From an uncultured Chloroflexia bacterium (lineage in GTDB: Bacteria > Chloroflexota > Limnocylindria > Limnocylindrales > CSP1-4): DNA of 64,000 nucleotides. The notes beneath the pieces are model-generated. The model saw nothing but the letters and a program-made list of their open reading frames with translations. It did not search any database and was not told the DNA's origin. The stretch's first letter is position 1; each line of letters begins with the position of its first letter. Made by a program: the position numbers and the translations under genes. The stretch is taken from contig CAVTIN010000015.1 in the NCBI GenBank assembly GCA_963734895.1, forward strand, positions 72,628-136,627, in the 5' to 3' direction. Positions 46,481 to 55,691 of this stretch are shown here, piece after piece.

Positions 46481-47794
46481 CTACGACCCTGCCGCGGTGG
46501 ACCCCCAGCCGGCGCCCAGCCGGAGCACCTGGCGGTCGCGCGTCACGCGGCCCGCGGAGCGGTTGACCGTGTCGACGATGAGGGACGCCCGGTCGAAGAC
46601 CCGGTCCCAGTCGATGGCCCGGTGGGCGGTGACGATGACGATCGCATCGGCCCAGTCGAGCAGCGGGTCGAGCGCCGTACTTTCCCGGACGACCCCGTCC
46701 TCGTCGCTGAACCGGGTGACGTGCGGGTCGTGGAACCGGACGTCAGCGCCCCTGCCCGCGAGCCCCGCGAGCACGGCCGCGGCCGGCGAGTTGCGGTCGT
46801 CGTGGACGTCGGGCTTGAACGCGACACCGAGCACGCCGACCTTCGCCCCCTTGAGCGCCAGCCCTCGATCGTTGAGCGCCTCCGCCGCCAGCTCGACGAC
46901 ATGCCGCGGCATTGCAAGGTTGATGTCGCCGGCGAGCTCGATGAACCGGTCGGTGAAGTCGAACTCTCGCGCGCGCCAGGAGAGGTAGTAGGGGTCGACC
47001 GGGATGCAGTGGCCGCCCACGCCCGGCCCGGGCGTAAAGCGCATGAACCCGAACGGCTTGGTCGCGGCCGCGTCGATGACCTCCCAGATGTCGAGGCCCA
47101 TCCGCTCGGCGAGGAGCGCCAGGTTGTTGACGAATGCGATGTTGACGTTGCGGAACGTGTTCTCGAGCAGCTTGGCCATCTCGGCGGCGTCCGGCGAGGA
47201 GAGCTCGACGACCCGGTCGTTGACGTGGCGCAGGAGGCTGGCGGCACGCGAGGTCGCCGCGGGTGTGAGCCCGCCGACCAGCCGCGGCACGTCCCGCGAC
47301 GCGCTGGCCGGGTCGCCCGGGTTGACGCGCTCGGGCGCGAACGCGAGGTCGAAGTCGCGACCCGCGACGAGCCCGCTCTCCTCGAGCACGGCCCGGAAGG
47401 GTCCGTTGGTGGTGCCCGGGAAGGTGGTTGACTGCAGCACGACCAGCTGGCCGGCGCACAGCGAGTCCCGAATGGCCGCGGCTGCGGCGAGCACCGGCCC
47501 GAGGTCCGGATCCTTGGTCCCGGTGATGGGCGTCGGGACGCACACGAACACGGCGTCCGCATCACCGACCCTGGCGTCCTCGAGCCCGACGATCCGGAAC
47601 CGGCCCTCGAGCGCGGCGGACAGGCGGCCATCGGACACGTCGTCGATCGGCGAGTGGCGTCCGTTGAGCTCGGCCACGCGGGCGGGCGACGCGTCGAGCC
47701 CCTCGACCTCGAGGCCGGCCTCGGCGAATGCGATCGCGAGCGGCAGGCCAACGTATCCGAGCCCGATCACGGCCACGCGAGCGTCCTGGGTCAT
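46481..47794 (-). CDS. Nucleotide-sugar dehydrogenase (UDP-glucose/GDP-mannose dehydrogenase family)
   Basis: VAVIGLGYVGLPLA...FVCVPTP...GGHCIPVDP catalytic Cys motif. The start is ATG at 47794 or 47806. The upstream 60 codons of the ORF-track entry were rejected. Confidence 0.9.
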   Translation of the reverse strand: MTQDARVAVIGLGYVGLPLAIAFAEAGLEVEGLDASPARVAELNGRHSPIDDVSDGRLSAALEGRFRIVGLEDARVGDADAVFVCVPTPITGTKDPDLGPVLAAAAAIRDSLCAGQLVVLQSTTFPGTTNGPFRAVLEESGLVAGRDFDLAFAPERVNPGDPASASRDVPRLVGGLTPAATSRAASLLRHVNDRVVELSSPDAAEMAKLLENTFRNVNIAFVNNLALLAERMGLDIWEVIDAAATKPFGFMRFTPGPGVGGHCIPVDPYYLSWRAREFDFTDRFIELAGDINLAMPRHVVELAAEALNDRGLALKGAKVGVLGVAFKPDVHDDRNSPAAAVLAGLAGRGADVRFHDPHVTRFSDEDGVVRESTALDPLLDWADAIVIVTAHRAIDWDRVFDRASLIVDTVNRSAGRVTRDRQVLRLGAGWGSTAAGS

Positions 47795-47823
47795 GCGGGT
47801 CAGCATAGAGGAGCGCCGGTCAA

Positions 47824-47891
47824 GCGTGCGGCAATCATCCGCGCGTGCGGCAATCGTCCGCGCGTGCGGCGACCACCCGCGCGTTGTCGGC
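47824..47891. repeat. 19-bp tandem repeat, 3 copies plus a degenerate fourth
   Basis: GCGTGCGGCAATCATCCGC / GCGTGCGGCAATCGTCCGC / GCGTGCGGCGACCACCCGC / GCGTTGTCGGC... Confidence 0.9.
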
Positions 47892-47934
47892 GGAGAGTAC
47901 GGTTGGACCGACCACGTTCCTCGAGGTGATCCCC

Positions 47935-48294
47935 ATGACATCGGCGACCCCCGCCTCGCTGGGCGAGCTGTTCCGCTCGCTCGGCCTGTCACTCACGATC
48001 CGGGCGGCCGACGACGAGGATGGCGCGTGGGCATGCACCCTCACCCGGCCGGACGGTGCGACCTACGAGATCGAGTCGGTCACGTTCTTCGACGTGGACC
48101 CCGACACCGGCGACGAGTGGGCCGTTGAGCCCGGACCGTCACGCGCGCTCAGCGTCCTGGCCGGCGGCGAGGTTGAGGCCGATGACGCCGAGGGCGAGGC
48201 AGCGGCATCGGAGACCGAGGCTGCCGCTCGGGGGTTCCTGGGCGACGAGGCCTACACGCTGCTGGTCCGGCTTGACGAGGAATCGCTCGAATAA
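47935..48294 (+). CDS. Acidic hypothetical protein (119 aa)
   Basis: ATG at 47935 lies 5 nt after GAGGTGA. Asp/Glu-rich. No family recognised. Confidence 0.5.
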   Translation: MTSATPASLGELFRSLGLSLTIRAADDEDGAWACTLTRPDGATYEIESVTFFDVDPDTGDEWAVEPGPSRALSVLAGGEVEADDAEGEAAASETEAAARGFLGDEAYTLLVRLDEESLE

Positions 48295-48340
48295 CGGGCG
48301 GCCGGGGTCGCGGATCCGGGTCGCGCGACCCCCGGCGACG

Positions 48341-48646
48341 TCAGGCGTTCGAGCCGATGGGCTCCAGGTCGATGGTGCGAACCGTGCGGGTCAGGCCGGC
48401 TTCGGTCCGGACCGCGGCTGCGGGGACGACGCCTCCGGCGATCCGCTCGATCGTTGCGACCTCTCCCGAGTACAGCCCGGACCCGAGGATCCGGACGCGG
48501 TCGCCGACAGCCAGGCCGGAACGCCCTCCGAGCGCCGTGAGGTCGATCGAGAGTGCCGCCGGTCGGCCGAGGGTCTCGCCGCCGGGCTGAACCCTCTGCG
48601 GCTTCTTCTTGGGCGGGATGAACACCCGCCGCTTCTTCGCCCCCAC
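48341..48646 (-). CDS. Hypothetical protein with basic N-terminus and KOW/SH3-like segment
   Basis: GTG at 48646 lies about 7 nt after AGGAGAGG. VGDRVRILGSGLYSGEVATIERI resembles a KOW-type motif. Strong GC3 bias. Confidence 0.45.
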   Translation of the reverse strand: MGAKKRRVFIPPKKKPQRVQPGGETLGRPAALSIDLTALGGRSGLAVGDRVRILGSGLYSGEVATIERIAGGVVPAAAVRTEAGLTRTVRTIDLEPIGSNA

Positions 48647-48925
48647 CTAGCGGCCTCTCCTCGGACGCTCTTCGGCCTTCGCCGGCCGAGGCTCGCGCTT
48701 TGGCGGGTTGGGCAGGGTTCCGGGCGCCATGTCGGGCGGCGGCGGAAGCGGGCCGCGCTCTCTGGCAGCTGCCACGGATGCCGCGAATGCCTTGGCGACG
48801 TCCGCCGGCACGCTGGCCGACCAGGCCGCCTCGATCTCCTTGACCCGTCCCGTCTCACGGGCGCGCTGCTCGCGCTCACGCCTTGATCGCTTTGTCACGA
48901 ACACCTCGTTCTGCCGGGCCGGCAA
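48647..48925 (-). CDS. Basic, Pro-rich hypothetical protein
   Basis: Coding-like bias. Position 48925 is a TTG. GTG at 48898, after GAGG, is an alternative start. Its TAG stop (48647-48649) directly abuts the next start. Confidence 0.4.
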   Translation of the reverse strand: MPARQNEVFVTKRSRREREQRARETGRVKEIEAAWSASVPADVAKAFAASVAAARERGPLPPPPDMAPGTLPNPPKREPRPAKAEERPRRGR

Positions 48926-49057
48926 GGCCTTCGGCCCGACGAGTGTACGCGTCGATGGCGGATCACGGCCAGCACAATCCCGTCCAGAGGGCGACGGCGA
49001 ACCCGCTCGAGCACGTTCGCGGCACCCGTTCCCCGCCGATCGCCGTCCGGCGACGTC

Positions 49058-49324
49058 CTAGGCGGCGGACCCCACGACGTTGGCCAGCTCGTCGTTCGAC
49101 GGCTCGATCAGCACCTGGCCGGTCGGGGTGACGACCACCGGGATCGCGCGGTAGCCCGCCGCGTCAACCAGGGCCTGTGCCGACGGGTCTGCATCGACAT
49201 CGATCCACGCGTACGGGACCCTCACGGCGTCGAGGTACCGCTTGGCCCGCCGGCAATCCGCGCACCAGTCGGCGCCGTAGACGGTGACGATGTCGGGGAT
49301 CGGGAGCGGTTGGGCATCGGGCAT
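49058..49324 (-). CDS. Glutaredoxin-like (mycoredoxin/NrdH-like) thiol-disulfide protein
   Basis: VTVYGADWCADCRRAKRYLD has a CxxC in a thioredoxin-fold context. 88 aa. An alternative ATG exists at 49333. Confidence 0.8.
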   Translation of the reverse strand: MPDAQPLPIPDIVTVYGADWCADCRRAKRYLDAVRVPYAWIDVDADPSAQALVDAAGYRAIPVVVTPTGQVLIEPSNDELANVVGSAA

Positions 49325-49413
49325 GGACCACATTCTCGGGCAGGCCGTAAATCTTGGTCGCGTGGGCCGCGCCGGCGGCCGGGCGCCCGTGGCGATTCCG
49401 CGCTCGACCGGCC

Positions 49414-49782
49414 TCAGGGCTGGCCCGGCTCGATGACGGGAAGCACCCGCGGTCGTCCCGCGAGACCGGTCACCGTCACCGCCGGCAGCGCGCCGTCGTC
49501 CCCGATCGGCGAGACGTCGCGCGCGAGCGCCCCGAGACGGGCGGCGGCCTCCGGGTTCAAGGAGTAGTACACCCAGCTGCCACGCCGTTCGCTGGTCACC
49601 CACCCTGCCTCGCGCAGCACCTTGAGATGATGCGAGACCGTCGGCTGCGCGACGTCGCAGCACGCCGTGAAGTCGCAGGCGCACACGGAGTCCGTGCCCC
49701 GCAGCTGGCGCAGGATCGAGAGCCGGGTTGGATCCGCTGCCGCCTGGAGGAGGCGGATGTCCGGGTCGAGCGTCCGTTTCAT
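49414..49782 (-). CDS. arsR: ArsR/SmtB family metalloregulator
   Basis: LLQAAADPTRLSILRQLRGTDSVCACDF...VAQPTVSHHLKVLREAGWV. The CxC lies in the alpha3 position typical of As(III)-sensing ArsR. Confidence 0.9.
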   Translation of the reverse strand: MKRTLDPDIRLLQAAADPTRLSILRQLRGTDSVCACDFTACCDVAQPTVSHHLKVLREAGWVTSERRGSWVYYSLNPEAAARLGALARDVSPIGDDGALPAVTVTGLAGRPRVLPVIEPGQP

Positions 49783-49795
49783 GTTGACGATCCTA

Positions 49796-49829
49796 TTGAC
49801 ATCCATCTATATTGACCATTATCAATATA
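49796..49829 (+). promoter_or_regulatory. Candidate arsM promoter overlapped by an ArsR-type palindrome
   Basis: TTGACA (49796-49801), an 18-nt spacer, then TATCAA (49820-49825). The perfect inverted repeat TATATTGA-N6-TCAATATA (49808-49829) is in the most AT-rich patch of the window. Confidence 0.45.
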
Positions 49830-49909
49830 ACACCGCCCGACGACGGCACGGCCAGAAGACTGGCGCCGCCCGCCAGGCGACCCCGGTTCGATACCCTCAC
49901 GAGGAAACG

Positions 49910-50779
49910 ATGACCGAGCAGATCCACGCCACCGTCCGCGACCACTACGCGGCCGCCGCCCGCGACGTGCTTGAGACGGCGGCCGCAGAGGACGCGTGCT
50001 GCGCCTCGGGCTGCGAGTGCGGCGATTCGGCCATCACCCTGACCGCCGAATCCGGGCCCTGGGGGGCCGGCCGGTATGCACCGCTGGAGCTCGCCGCCTT
50101 GCCAGGACCCGCGGTCCTCGCATCGATGGGCTGCGGCAACCCGACCGAGGTCGCCGATCTGCGCCCCGGCGAGACGGTCCTCGATCTGGGCTCGGGCGGC
50201 GGGATCGATGTCCTGCTGTCCGCGCAGCGAGTCGGGCCGACGGGTCGAGCCATCGGCATCGACATGACCGACGAGATGCTCGAGCTCGCCCGTCGCAACG
50301 CGGCAACGGCCGGCGCGGTCAATGTCGAGTTCGTCAAGGGAACCATCGAAGCATTGCCCCTTGCCGACGCAAGCGTGGACGTTGTGATCAGCAACTGCGT
50401 GATCAACCTTGCTGCGGACAAGCCGGCCGTGTTCGCCGAGATTGCCCGCGTGCTCCGTCCCCACGGACGCATGGGCGTCAGCGACGTCGTCGCCGATGAC
50501 CGCCTGACCACCGCCGAGCGCGAGGAGCGCGGGTCGCTCGCGGGCTGCATCGCGGGCGCCCTTTCGTTCGGCGAGTACGCGGCCGGGCTCGAGCAGGCCG
50601 GGCTCACCGGGATCGAGATCGTCGCGACCCACGCCGTCGGCGACGGAATGTACGGGGCCATCATCCGGGCGCACCGGCCGGGGGCCAGCGAGGCGCCCGT
50701 CACATCTGCCCGGGACGATGTCGCGGCGTCGCTCCGCTCGGCCCGTGCGCTGCCGGTCGTGTCGGAGGGATGCTGCTGA
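49910..50779 (+). CDS. arsM: Arsenite S-adenosylmethionine methyltransferase
   Basis: ATG at 49910 follows GAGGAAA. Conserved Cys clusters ([19 protein letters not shown]) and the SAM motif [11 protein letters not shown]. Confidence 0.9.
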   Translation: MTEQIHATVRDHYAAAARDVLETAAAEDACCASGCECGDSAITLTAESGPWGAGRYAPLELAALPGPAVLASMGCGNPTEVADLRPGETVLDLGSGGGIDVLLSAQRVGPTGRAIGIDMTDEMLELARRNAATAGAVNVEFVKGTIEALPLADASVDVVISNCVINLAADKPAVFAEIARVLRPHGRMGVSDVVADDRLTTAEREERGSLAGCIAGALSFGEYAAGLEQAGLTGIEIVATHAVGDGMYGAIIRAHRPGASEAPVTSARDDVAASLRSARALPVVSEGCC

Positions 50780-50879
50780 CCAGCGGCGTCCGACCCGGTC
50801 GCTACCGGCCCGCAACCGGCGCCGCCGTGTATCGTCGGTCCCGGCGCCCCGAAACCGTCTGAGCCGATCGAGGTCCACC

Positions 50880-52085
50880 GTGTCACTGCCGTCGCTCGCC
50901 CGCGTTCCCGCCCCGCCCAATTCGATCCTCGGCCTGGCCGAGGCGTACCGAGCCGATCCGCGCGAGGGCAAGATCAACCTGTCGTCCGGCGTGTTCGTCG
51001 ATGCGAACGGGAAGACGCCCGTGCTGGCCACGGTGACCGAGGCGGAGCGGCGGCTGGCTGCGGCTGCGGGCACGAAGCTGTACCGGCCCATCGACGGCGA
51101 AGTCGCGTATCGCAATCTCGTCCGCGACCTCATCCTCGGCGCTGATCACGAGGCCGTGACCTCGGGTCGTGCCCTGGTGACCCAGACGCCCGGTGGTACG
51201 GGCGGGCTTCGCGTGGCCGCCGACCTGCTGCGCCGAACCGGTGCGAGCGGCACCGTGTGGATGAGCGAGCCGACGTGGCCCAACCACCCGCAGCTGTTCA
51301 ACGCCGCCGGGTTCAAGATCCAGACCTACCCGTACACCGATCAGGCCGGGCGGCGGATCGACGAGGCAGCGCTCCTCGATTCACTCACCCGGGCGGCGCC
51401 GGGCGACATCGTCCTGCTCCATGGCGCATGTCACAACCCGACCGGCGTGGACCCCTCCCCTGAGCTGTGGCGCCGGATCGGCGACATCATCGAGACCAAC
51501 CGGCTGCTGCCGCTCGTCGACCTCGCCTACCAGGGCTTCGGCGACGGCCTGGTCGAGGATGCCGCAGGTCTTCGGGAGCTGGTTCGACCGGGCGCCGAGC
51601 TGCTCGTCTCGACCTCCTACTCGAAGACCTTCTCGCTGTACTCGGAACGGGTGGGTGCGATGCTGGTCATCGCCCGATCGGCCGAGGACGCCGCGTCGGT
51701 GCAGAGCCACGTCAAGATCGCGATCCGGGTCAACTACTCGAACCCGCCCGCCCACGGCGCGGACATCGTGCGCACCGTGCTCGCCGACCCGGAGCTGCGC
51801 CCTCGCTGGGAGATCGAGCTGGCCGGCATGCGCAACCGGATCAAGGACAACCGGAAGTCTCTCGTCGCTGCGCTCCAGGCGCGGTCGATCCCGGGCGACT
51901 GGGGCGGCATCGCCACGCAGCGCGGCATGTTCGCGCTGCTCGGGCTGACGACGGACCAGGTCGCGCGGCTGCGCGAGGAGCACGGGGTGTACGTGGTCGG
52001 TCGCGGCCGGATCAACGTCGCCGGGTTCACGCCCGCCAACCTCGAGCCGTTCGCCGACGCGCTCGCCGCGGTGCTCGCCGCCTAG
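50880..52085 (+). CDS. Class I aspartate/aromatic-amino-acid aminotransferase (AspC/TyrB type)
   Basis: GTG at 50880 lies 6 nt after [12 protein letters not shown]...G, HNPTG, and the PLP lysine motif [14 protein letters not shown]. 401 aa. Confidence 0.9.
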   Translation: MSLPSLARVPAPPNSILGLAEAYRADPREGKINLSSGVFVDANGKTPVLATVTEAERRLAAAAGTKLYRPIDGEVAYRNLVRDLILGADHEAVTSGRALVTQTPGGTGGLRVAADLLRRTGASGTVWMSEPTWPNHPQLFNAAGFKIQTYPYTDQAGRRIDEAALLDSLTRAAPGDIVLLHGACHNPTGVDPSPELWRRIGDIIETNRLLPLVDLAYQGFGDGLVEDAAGLRELVRPGAELLVSTSYSKTFSLYSERVGAMLVIARSAEDAASVQSHVKIAIRVNYSNPPAHGADIVRTVLADPELRPRWEIELAGMRNRIKDNRKSLVAALQARSIPGDWGGIATQRGMFALLGLTTDQVARLREEHGVYVVGRGRINVAGFTPANLEPFADALAAVLAA

Positions 52086-52121
52086 CGATCGCGCTCCGCC
52101 GCCGGTCCGCGACGGGCGGCC

Positions 52122-52210
52122 GGCGCGCAGTCGTGGGCGCACAGTCCGCCGGCGCGCAGTCCTGGGCGCACAGTCCGCCCGCGGGCAGCCGCGGGCAGCC
52201 GCGGGCGGTC
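52122..52210. repeat. Composite tandem repeat: 29-bp unit x2, then 10-bp unit x3
   Basis: GGCGCGCAGTC(G/C)TGGGCGCACAGTCCGCC at 52122-52150 and 52151-52179. Then GCGGGCAGCC, GCGGGCAGCC, GCGGGCGGTC at 52181-52210. Confidence 0.95.
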
Positions 52211-52388
52211 GTCGGGTGATCGCTGTCGAACGGGTTCATTGCGTTCGAGCCGTCCGCGACCCGGCGTCCCCATCGGAGAAGACGCACGCAGCTCGTGAGC
52301 CGCTATCGAGCACTTGTTCGGCGGATACCGGACGGGTCCTCGCGCACGAAGCGGATCGCGGGCCAGCTGCCGCCCATGTGCCGTCCGC

Positions 52389-53135
52389 TCAGGCCCGCGG
52401 GGATCCGTCGCTCAGGCGGCTGTTGCCATGGTCGATCTGCGCCCAGACCAAGGCGTGGCCGGGCCAGACCGCAGTGCCCGCAAGGGCTTCCAGGGCGTCG
52501 CGGGGATCCGCCGGGTACGCCTCGCGAAGCGTGCGGCGGGCGGCGGACGCCGCATCCCGGTTGGCGCGCGTCCAGCGCACCACGAGCAGGCTCGAGATCC
52601 GCGGATCGCCCGCCGCTTCGCGCCACGACTCCCAACTCGAGGACGAGGTGAGCGCGTCAGCCTTTTCGCGGCTCCAGCGCACCAGCTGCTCGATCCGGCG
52701 GAGACCGGACTCGAGCTCGGTGGCAATCACGACGTCCGCGACCGGATCGCGGAGCACAAGGTCGATCCAACCCCGGACGGGCCGGCGGACCGCGACCTCC
52801 GGGCTGACCCGCCAGCGGGGATGGAGCGAGGCGAGCACGAGCTCCGACATGCGGACCTGATGCCGGTCGTGAATGGCCGGACCCGATTGGGGATAGACAC
52901 GAGCCGCCAGGTCTGCACCGAGAGCCGCGGCGACCCTGGCGTAGGTCTCGAGCGTCGGGCCCAGCTCTCGCGCCTCGATCCGCGAGATCACCGACGGGTG
53001 GACGCCCGCGAGGGAGGCGATGGCGGTCTGGGTCGCGCCGGCGTCCTCGCGCAGCCGCCGCAGATCCTCGGCCAGGGCGTGGCGCAGCCTGGCGACATGG
53101 CGGTCCGCGTCGAGCTGGAGATGCGTGCGGGCCAT
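52389..53135 (-). CDS. XRE-family HTH regulator with uncharacterised C-terminal domain of about 170 aa
   Basis: LRRLREDAGATQTAIASLAGVHPSVISRIEARELGPTLETYARVAAALG is a Cro/C1-type HTH. Start taken at the Met of MARTHLQ. Confidence 0.75.
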   Translation of the reverse strand: MARTHLQLDADRHVARLRHALAEDLRRLREDAGATQTAIASLAGVHPSVISRIEARELGPTLETYARVAAALGADLAARVYPQSGPAIHDRHQVRMSELVLASLHPRWRVSPEVAVRRPVRGWIDLVLRDPVADVVIATELESGLRRIEQLVRWSREKADALTSSSSWESWREAAGDPRISSLLVVRWTRANRDAASAARRTLREAYPADPRDALEALAGTAVWPGHALVWAQIDHGNSRLSDGSPRA

Positions 53136-53206
53136 GACGCAGTCAAACACGAGGTGCTCACCGGCGGCTCACCAGGCGGAGGCAGTCGGGGCTGCGAGCT
53201 GGCCTT

Positions 53207-53236
53207 TGGCCGGTCTGTGCGTGGCCGGTCTATGCG
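53207..53236. repeat. 15-bp tandem duplication
   Basis: TGGCCGGTCTGTGCG followed by TGGCCGGTCTATGCG. Confidence 0.9.
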
Positions 53237-53510
53237 TGAGGCGCACCGATCCGGCCCTCGATTGTCGCCACAGTGCGCGCCACGCACGGCAACGGCACGT
53301 CAGTGGGGCCTTCGCAGCTCACCAGGGCGATCTGGAGCGCTCCGAGTGCGTGCTACGCACGCGACTGCGCTTGGCGCTCGAAAGCATGCGTGCGGCGCAC
53401 AGAGGGGCGGCAAGGAGGCGAAGGGAGCCGCTGCAACGGAGGAAGCGGCAAAGGATGGGGCAACGGAGCCACGAGGGGGAGGCAGCGCTCCGGGAAGAGC
53501 CGGCGACTCA

Positions 53511-54395
53511 TCAGGTCGGCGTCACACCGCTCCGTCCGAGCCGGCGCACCCGGCCCCAGGCTCGGGCCCGTTCCGCGGGCGTCGTGAGCGGGATCACCGC
53601 GAGCAGGATCGACAGCGATCCGTACCACAGCGCGGGGAGCGCGAGCATCGCGCCGACCGGCACGACCCAGCGCTGGTTCCGCGGCGCGCCCCAGGCGATG
53701 AGCAGGACACCGATCGGTCCCCGGATCAGCAGCGGGATCGGCACCGCGGCCCAGGTTCCTCCCTTGCCGGTGTTCGAGGCGAGCAGCGAGATCCAGTCAC
53801 GCCACGCGTCAGGCATCAGCGCCAGCGACGCCGCAGCGACCACCGCCGTCCCCCCGAGCGCGATCGCCAGCTGCCGCCATTCGCGCCGCAACAGGAACCA
53901 CAGCAGCCCGACGCCAGGGGTGATCTTGGTCAGGAGCACCAGCGACCACGTCCACGGCCAGCGGAATCCGGCAACCATCGCCACGGCCAGCAACAGCGAC
54001 ACGTTCCCGCCGGCGATCTCCATGGCTCCCACCGCCAGCCCGAGCAGGAACAGCTCGGGCCCGGTCAGGACGTACACGGCCGCGATCAGGATCGCCGTCC
54101 AGGCCCCGACGAACGCCGGCCATGGCAGGAGGTCGAGCGGGTAGACAAGCTGCGCGAAGGCCGGCGAGTACGGGTACGCGCCGATCGTGTTCCAGTCGGT
54201 CCGGCCCCCGTACAGGTCACCGAGGTTGAACCCGTAGTAGGAGCGGGCGTCCTGCGCCGTGACGAACTGGCCCGAGAACGGATCGCTGACGTCGATCGTC
54301 GGGTCCGACAGCGCGATGACCACGACCCAGAACACGAGCGCGACAACGATGCCGGCCGCGAGTCGCGGGCTGGGACGCCGGAGCTGGAGCGACAT
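53511..54395 (-). CDS. Integral membrane protein, GT87 (DUF2029)-like glycosyltransferase candidate
   Basis: ATG at 54395 follows AAGGGGA. DARSYYGFNLGDLYGG...YPYSPAFAQLVYPLDLLPWP resembles the DUF2029 N-terminal loop motif. At 294 aa it is shorter than typical family members. Confidence 0.5.
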   Translation of the reverse strand: MSLQLRRPSPRLAAGIVVALVFWVVVIALSDPTIDVSDPFSGQFVTAQDARSYYGFNLGDLYGGRTDWNTIGAYPYSPAFAQLVYPLDLLPWPAFVGAWTAILIAAVYVLTGPELFLLGLAVGAMEIAGGNVSLLLAVAMVAGFRWPWTWSLVLLTKITPGVGLLWFLLRREWRQLAIALGGTAVVAAASLALMPDAWRDWISLLASNTGKGGTWAAVPIPLLIRGPIGVLLIAWGAPRNQRWVVPVGAMLALPALWYGSLSILLAVIPLTTPAERARAWGRVRRLGRSGVTPT

Positions 54396-54778
54396 CGATC
54401 CCCTTCGGGCAGACCGGCGGCGGCCGGGGAGACGAAGCCCGACCGGCGGCGGCCGGTCGGACGCGGGCCTGCCGGACCTGGCCGGACCGGGCCGAGCATG
54501 GCGGGCGTCCCGCCCATTGTCGGGAATCGCGACGACCGGCGTGACCGCCGGCCGTCGGATCGCGTTCGATGCGCCGTTGGGCCTCATCGATGACCCGGCC
54601 CCGGCGGCGTCGAAGCCGCGCCGTCCGGTTCGGGATCGGGCGTCGGCATCTCCAAGGATCGACGCCACGTCAAGATCACCAGACCTGCGAAGACCACACC
54701 AGAGTCGGGGCCGCGACGGGCGCCGTGCCGCATGAGATCGTTCGGCATGCCGCCGGCCTGGCCACGTACCATGGCCCG

Positions 54779-55690
54779 ATGAAGATCGGCATCGTGCTCC
54801 CCATGAACGACTCTGATGGCCCGGGCGCCTCCGGATGGCCGCGGATCCGACAGCTGGCGCGGTTCGCGGAGAGCGGTGGGATCGACAGCCTGTGGGTCTA
54901 CGACCATTTCATCTTCCGGATGCCGGGAGAGGACGAGGACGGGATCCACGAAGCGTGGACGCTGCTCGCCGCGCTCGCCGCCTCGACCGAACGGGCCGAG
55001 CTGGGCACGATCGTGCTGGGCACCGGGTTCCGGCCCCCGGCGCTGTTGGCGAAGATGGCGGCAACGCTCGACGAGGTGGCCGCCGGCCGGCTGATCCTCG
55101 GCCTCGGCACGGGGTGGCACGAGCCCGAGTACACCGCGTTCGGCTACCCGTTCGACCATCGCGCGGGCCGGTTCGACGAGGCTCTCCAGATCATCATCCC
55201 GCTGCTGCGCAGCGAGCGGGTGACGCTCCACGGACGCTGGCACGATGTCGAGGACGCAGTCCTGATCCCGCCGCCACCGCGGCCGGCGCGGCTGCCGGGC
55301 CGGATCCCGATCCTGATCGCCGCCAGGGGCGAGCGCGTGCTGCGGCTCACCGCGAGGCATGCGGACGCGTGGAACGCGGCCTGGTTCGGCTTCCCGACGG
55401 AACGCTTCAACGAGCGGCGCGCGGACCTCGTCGCGGCCTGCGAGGCCGAGGGTCGCGACCCGGCGACGCTCGAGGTGACCGTGGGCCTGACGCTGGACTC
55501 CGAGCGCGCCGCCGGTGGCCGGCCGGGTTCGGCCGACTCGCTCGCCCCGGACGTGGACGAGGTCACCCGGGCGCTCGACGCATGGCGTGACCTGGGCGTC
55601 GGACACGTGCAGGTGGACCTCCGGCCCGCGGCCGAACGAACGATCGAGATCCTGCTGGCCGCACGAGCCAAGCACCTCGGCGAGGGCTGA
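54779..55690 (+). CDS. LLM-class (luciferase-like) F420-dependent oxidoreductase
   Basis: MKIGIVLP...GIDSLWVYDHF...LGTIVLGTGFRPPALLAKMAATLDEVAAGRLILGLGTGW is typical of the LLM family. Confidence 0.9.
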   Translation: MKIGIVLPMNDSDGPGASGWPRIRQLARFAESGGIDSLWVYDHFIFRMPGEDEDGIHEAWTLLAALAASTERAELGTIVLGTGFRPPALLAKMAATLDEVAAGRLILGLGTGWHEPEYTAFGYPFDHRAGRFDEALQIIIPLLRSERVTLHGRWHDVEDAVLIPPPPRPARLPGRIPILIAARGERVLRLTARHADAWNAAWFGFPTERFNERRADLVAACEAEGRDPATLEVTVGLTLDSERAAGGRPGSADSLAPDVDEVTRALDAWRDLGVGHVQVDLRPAAERTIEILLAARAKHLGEG

Positions 55691-55691
55691 C

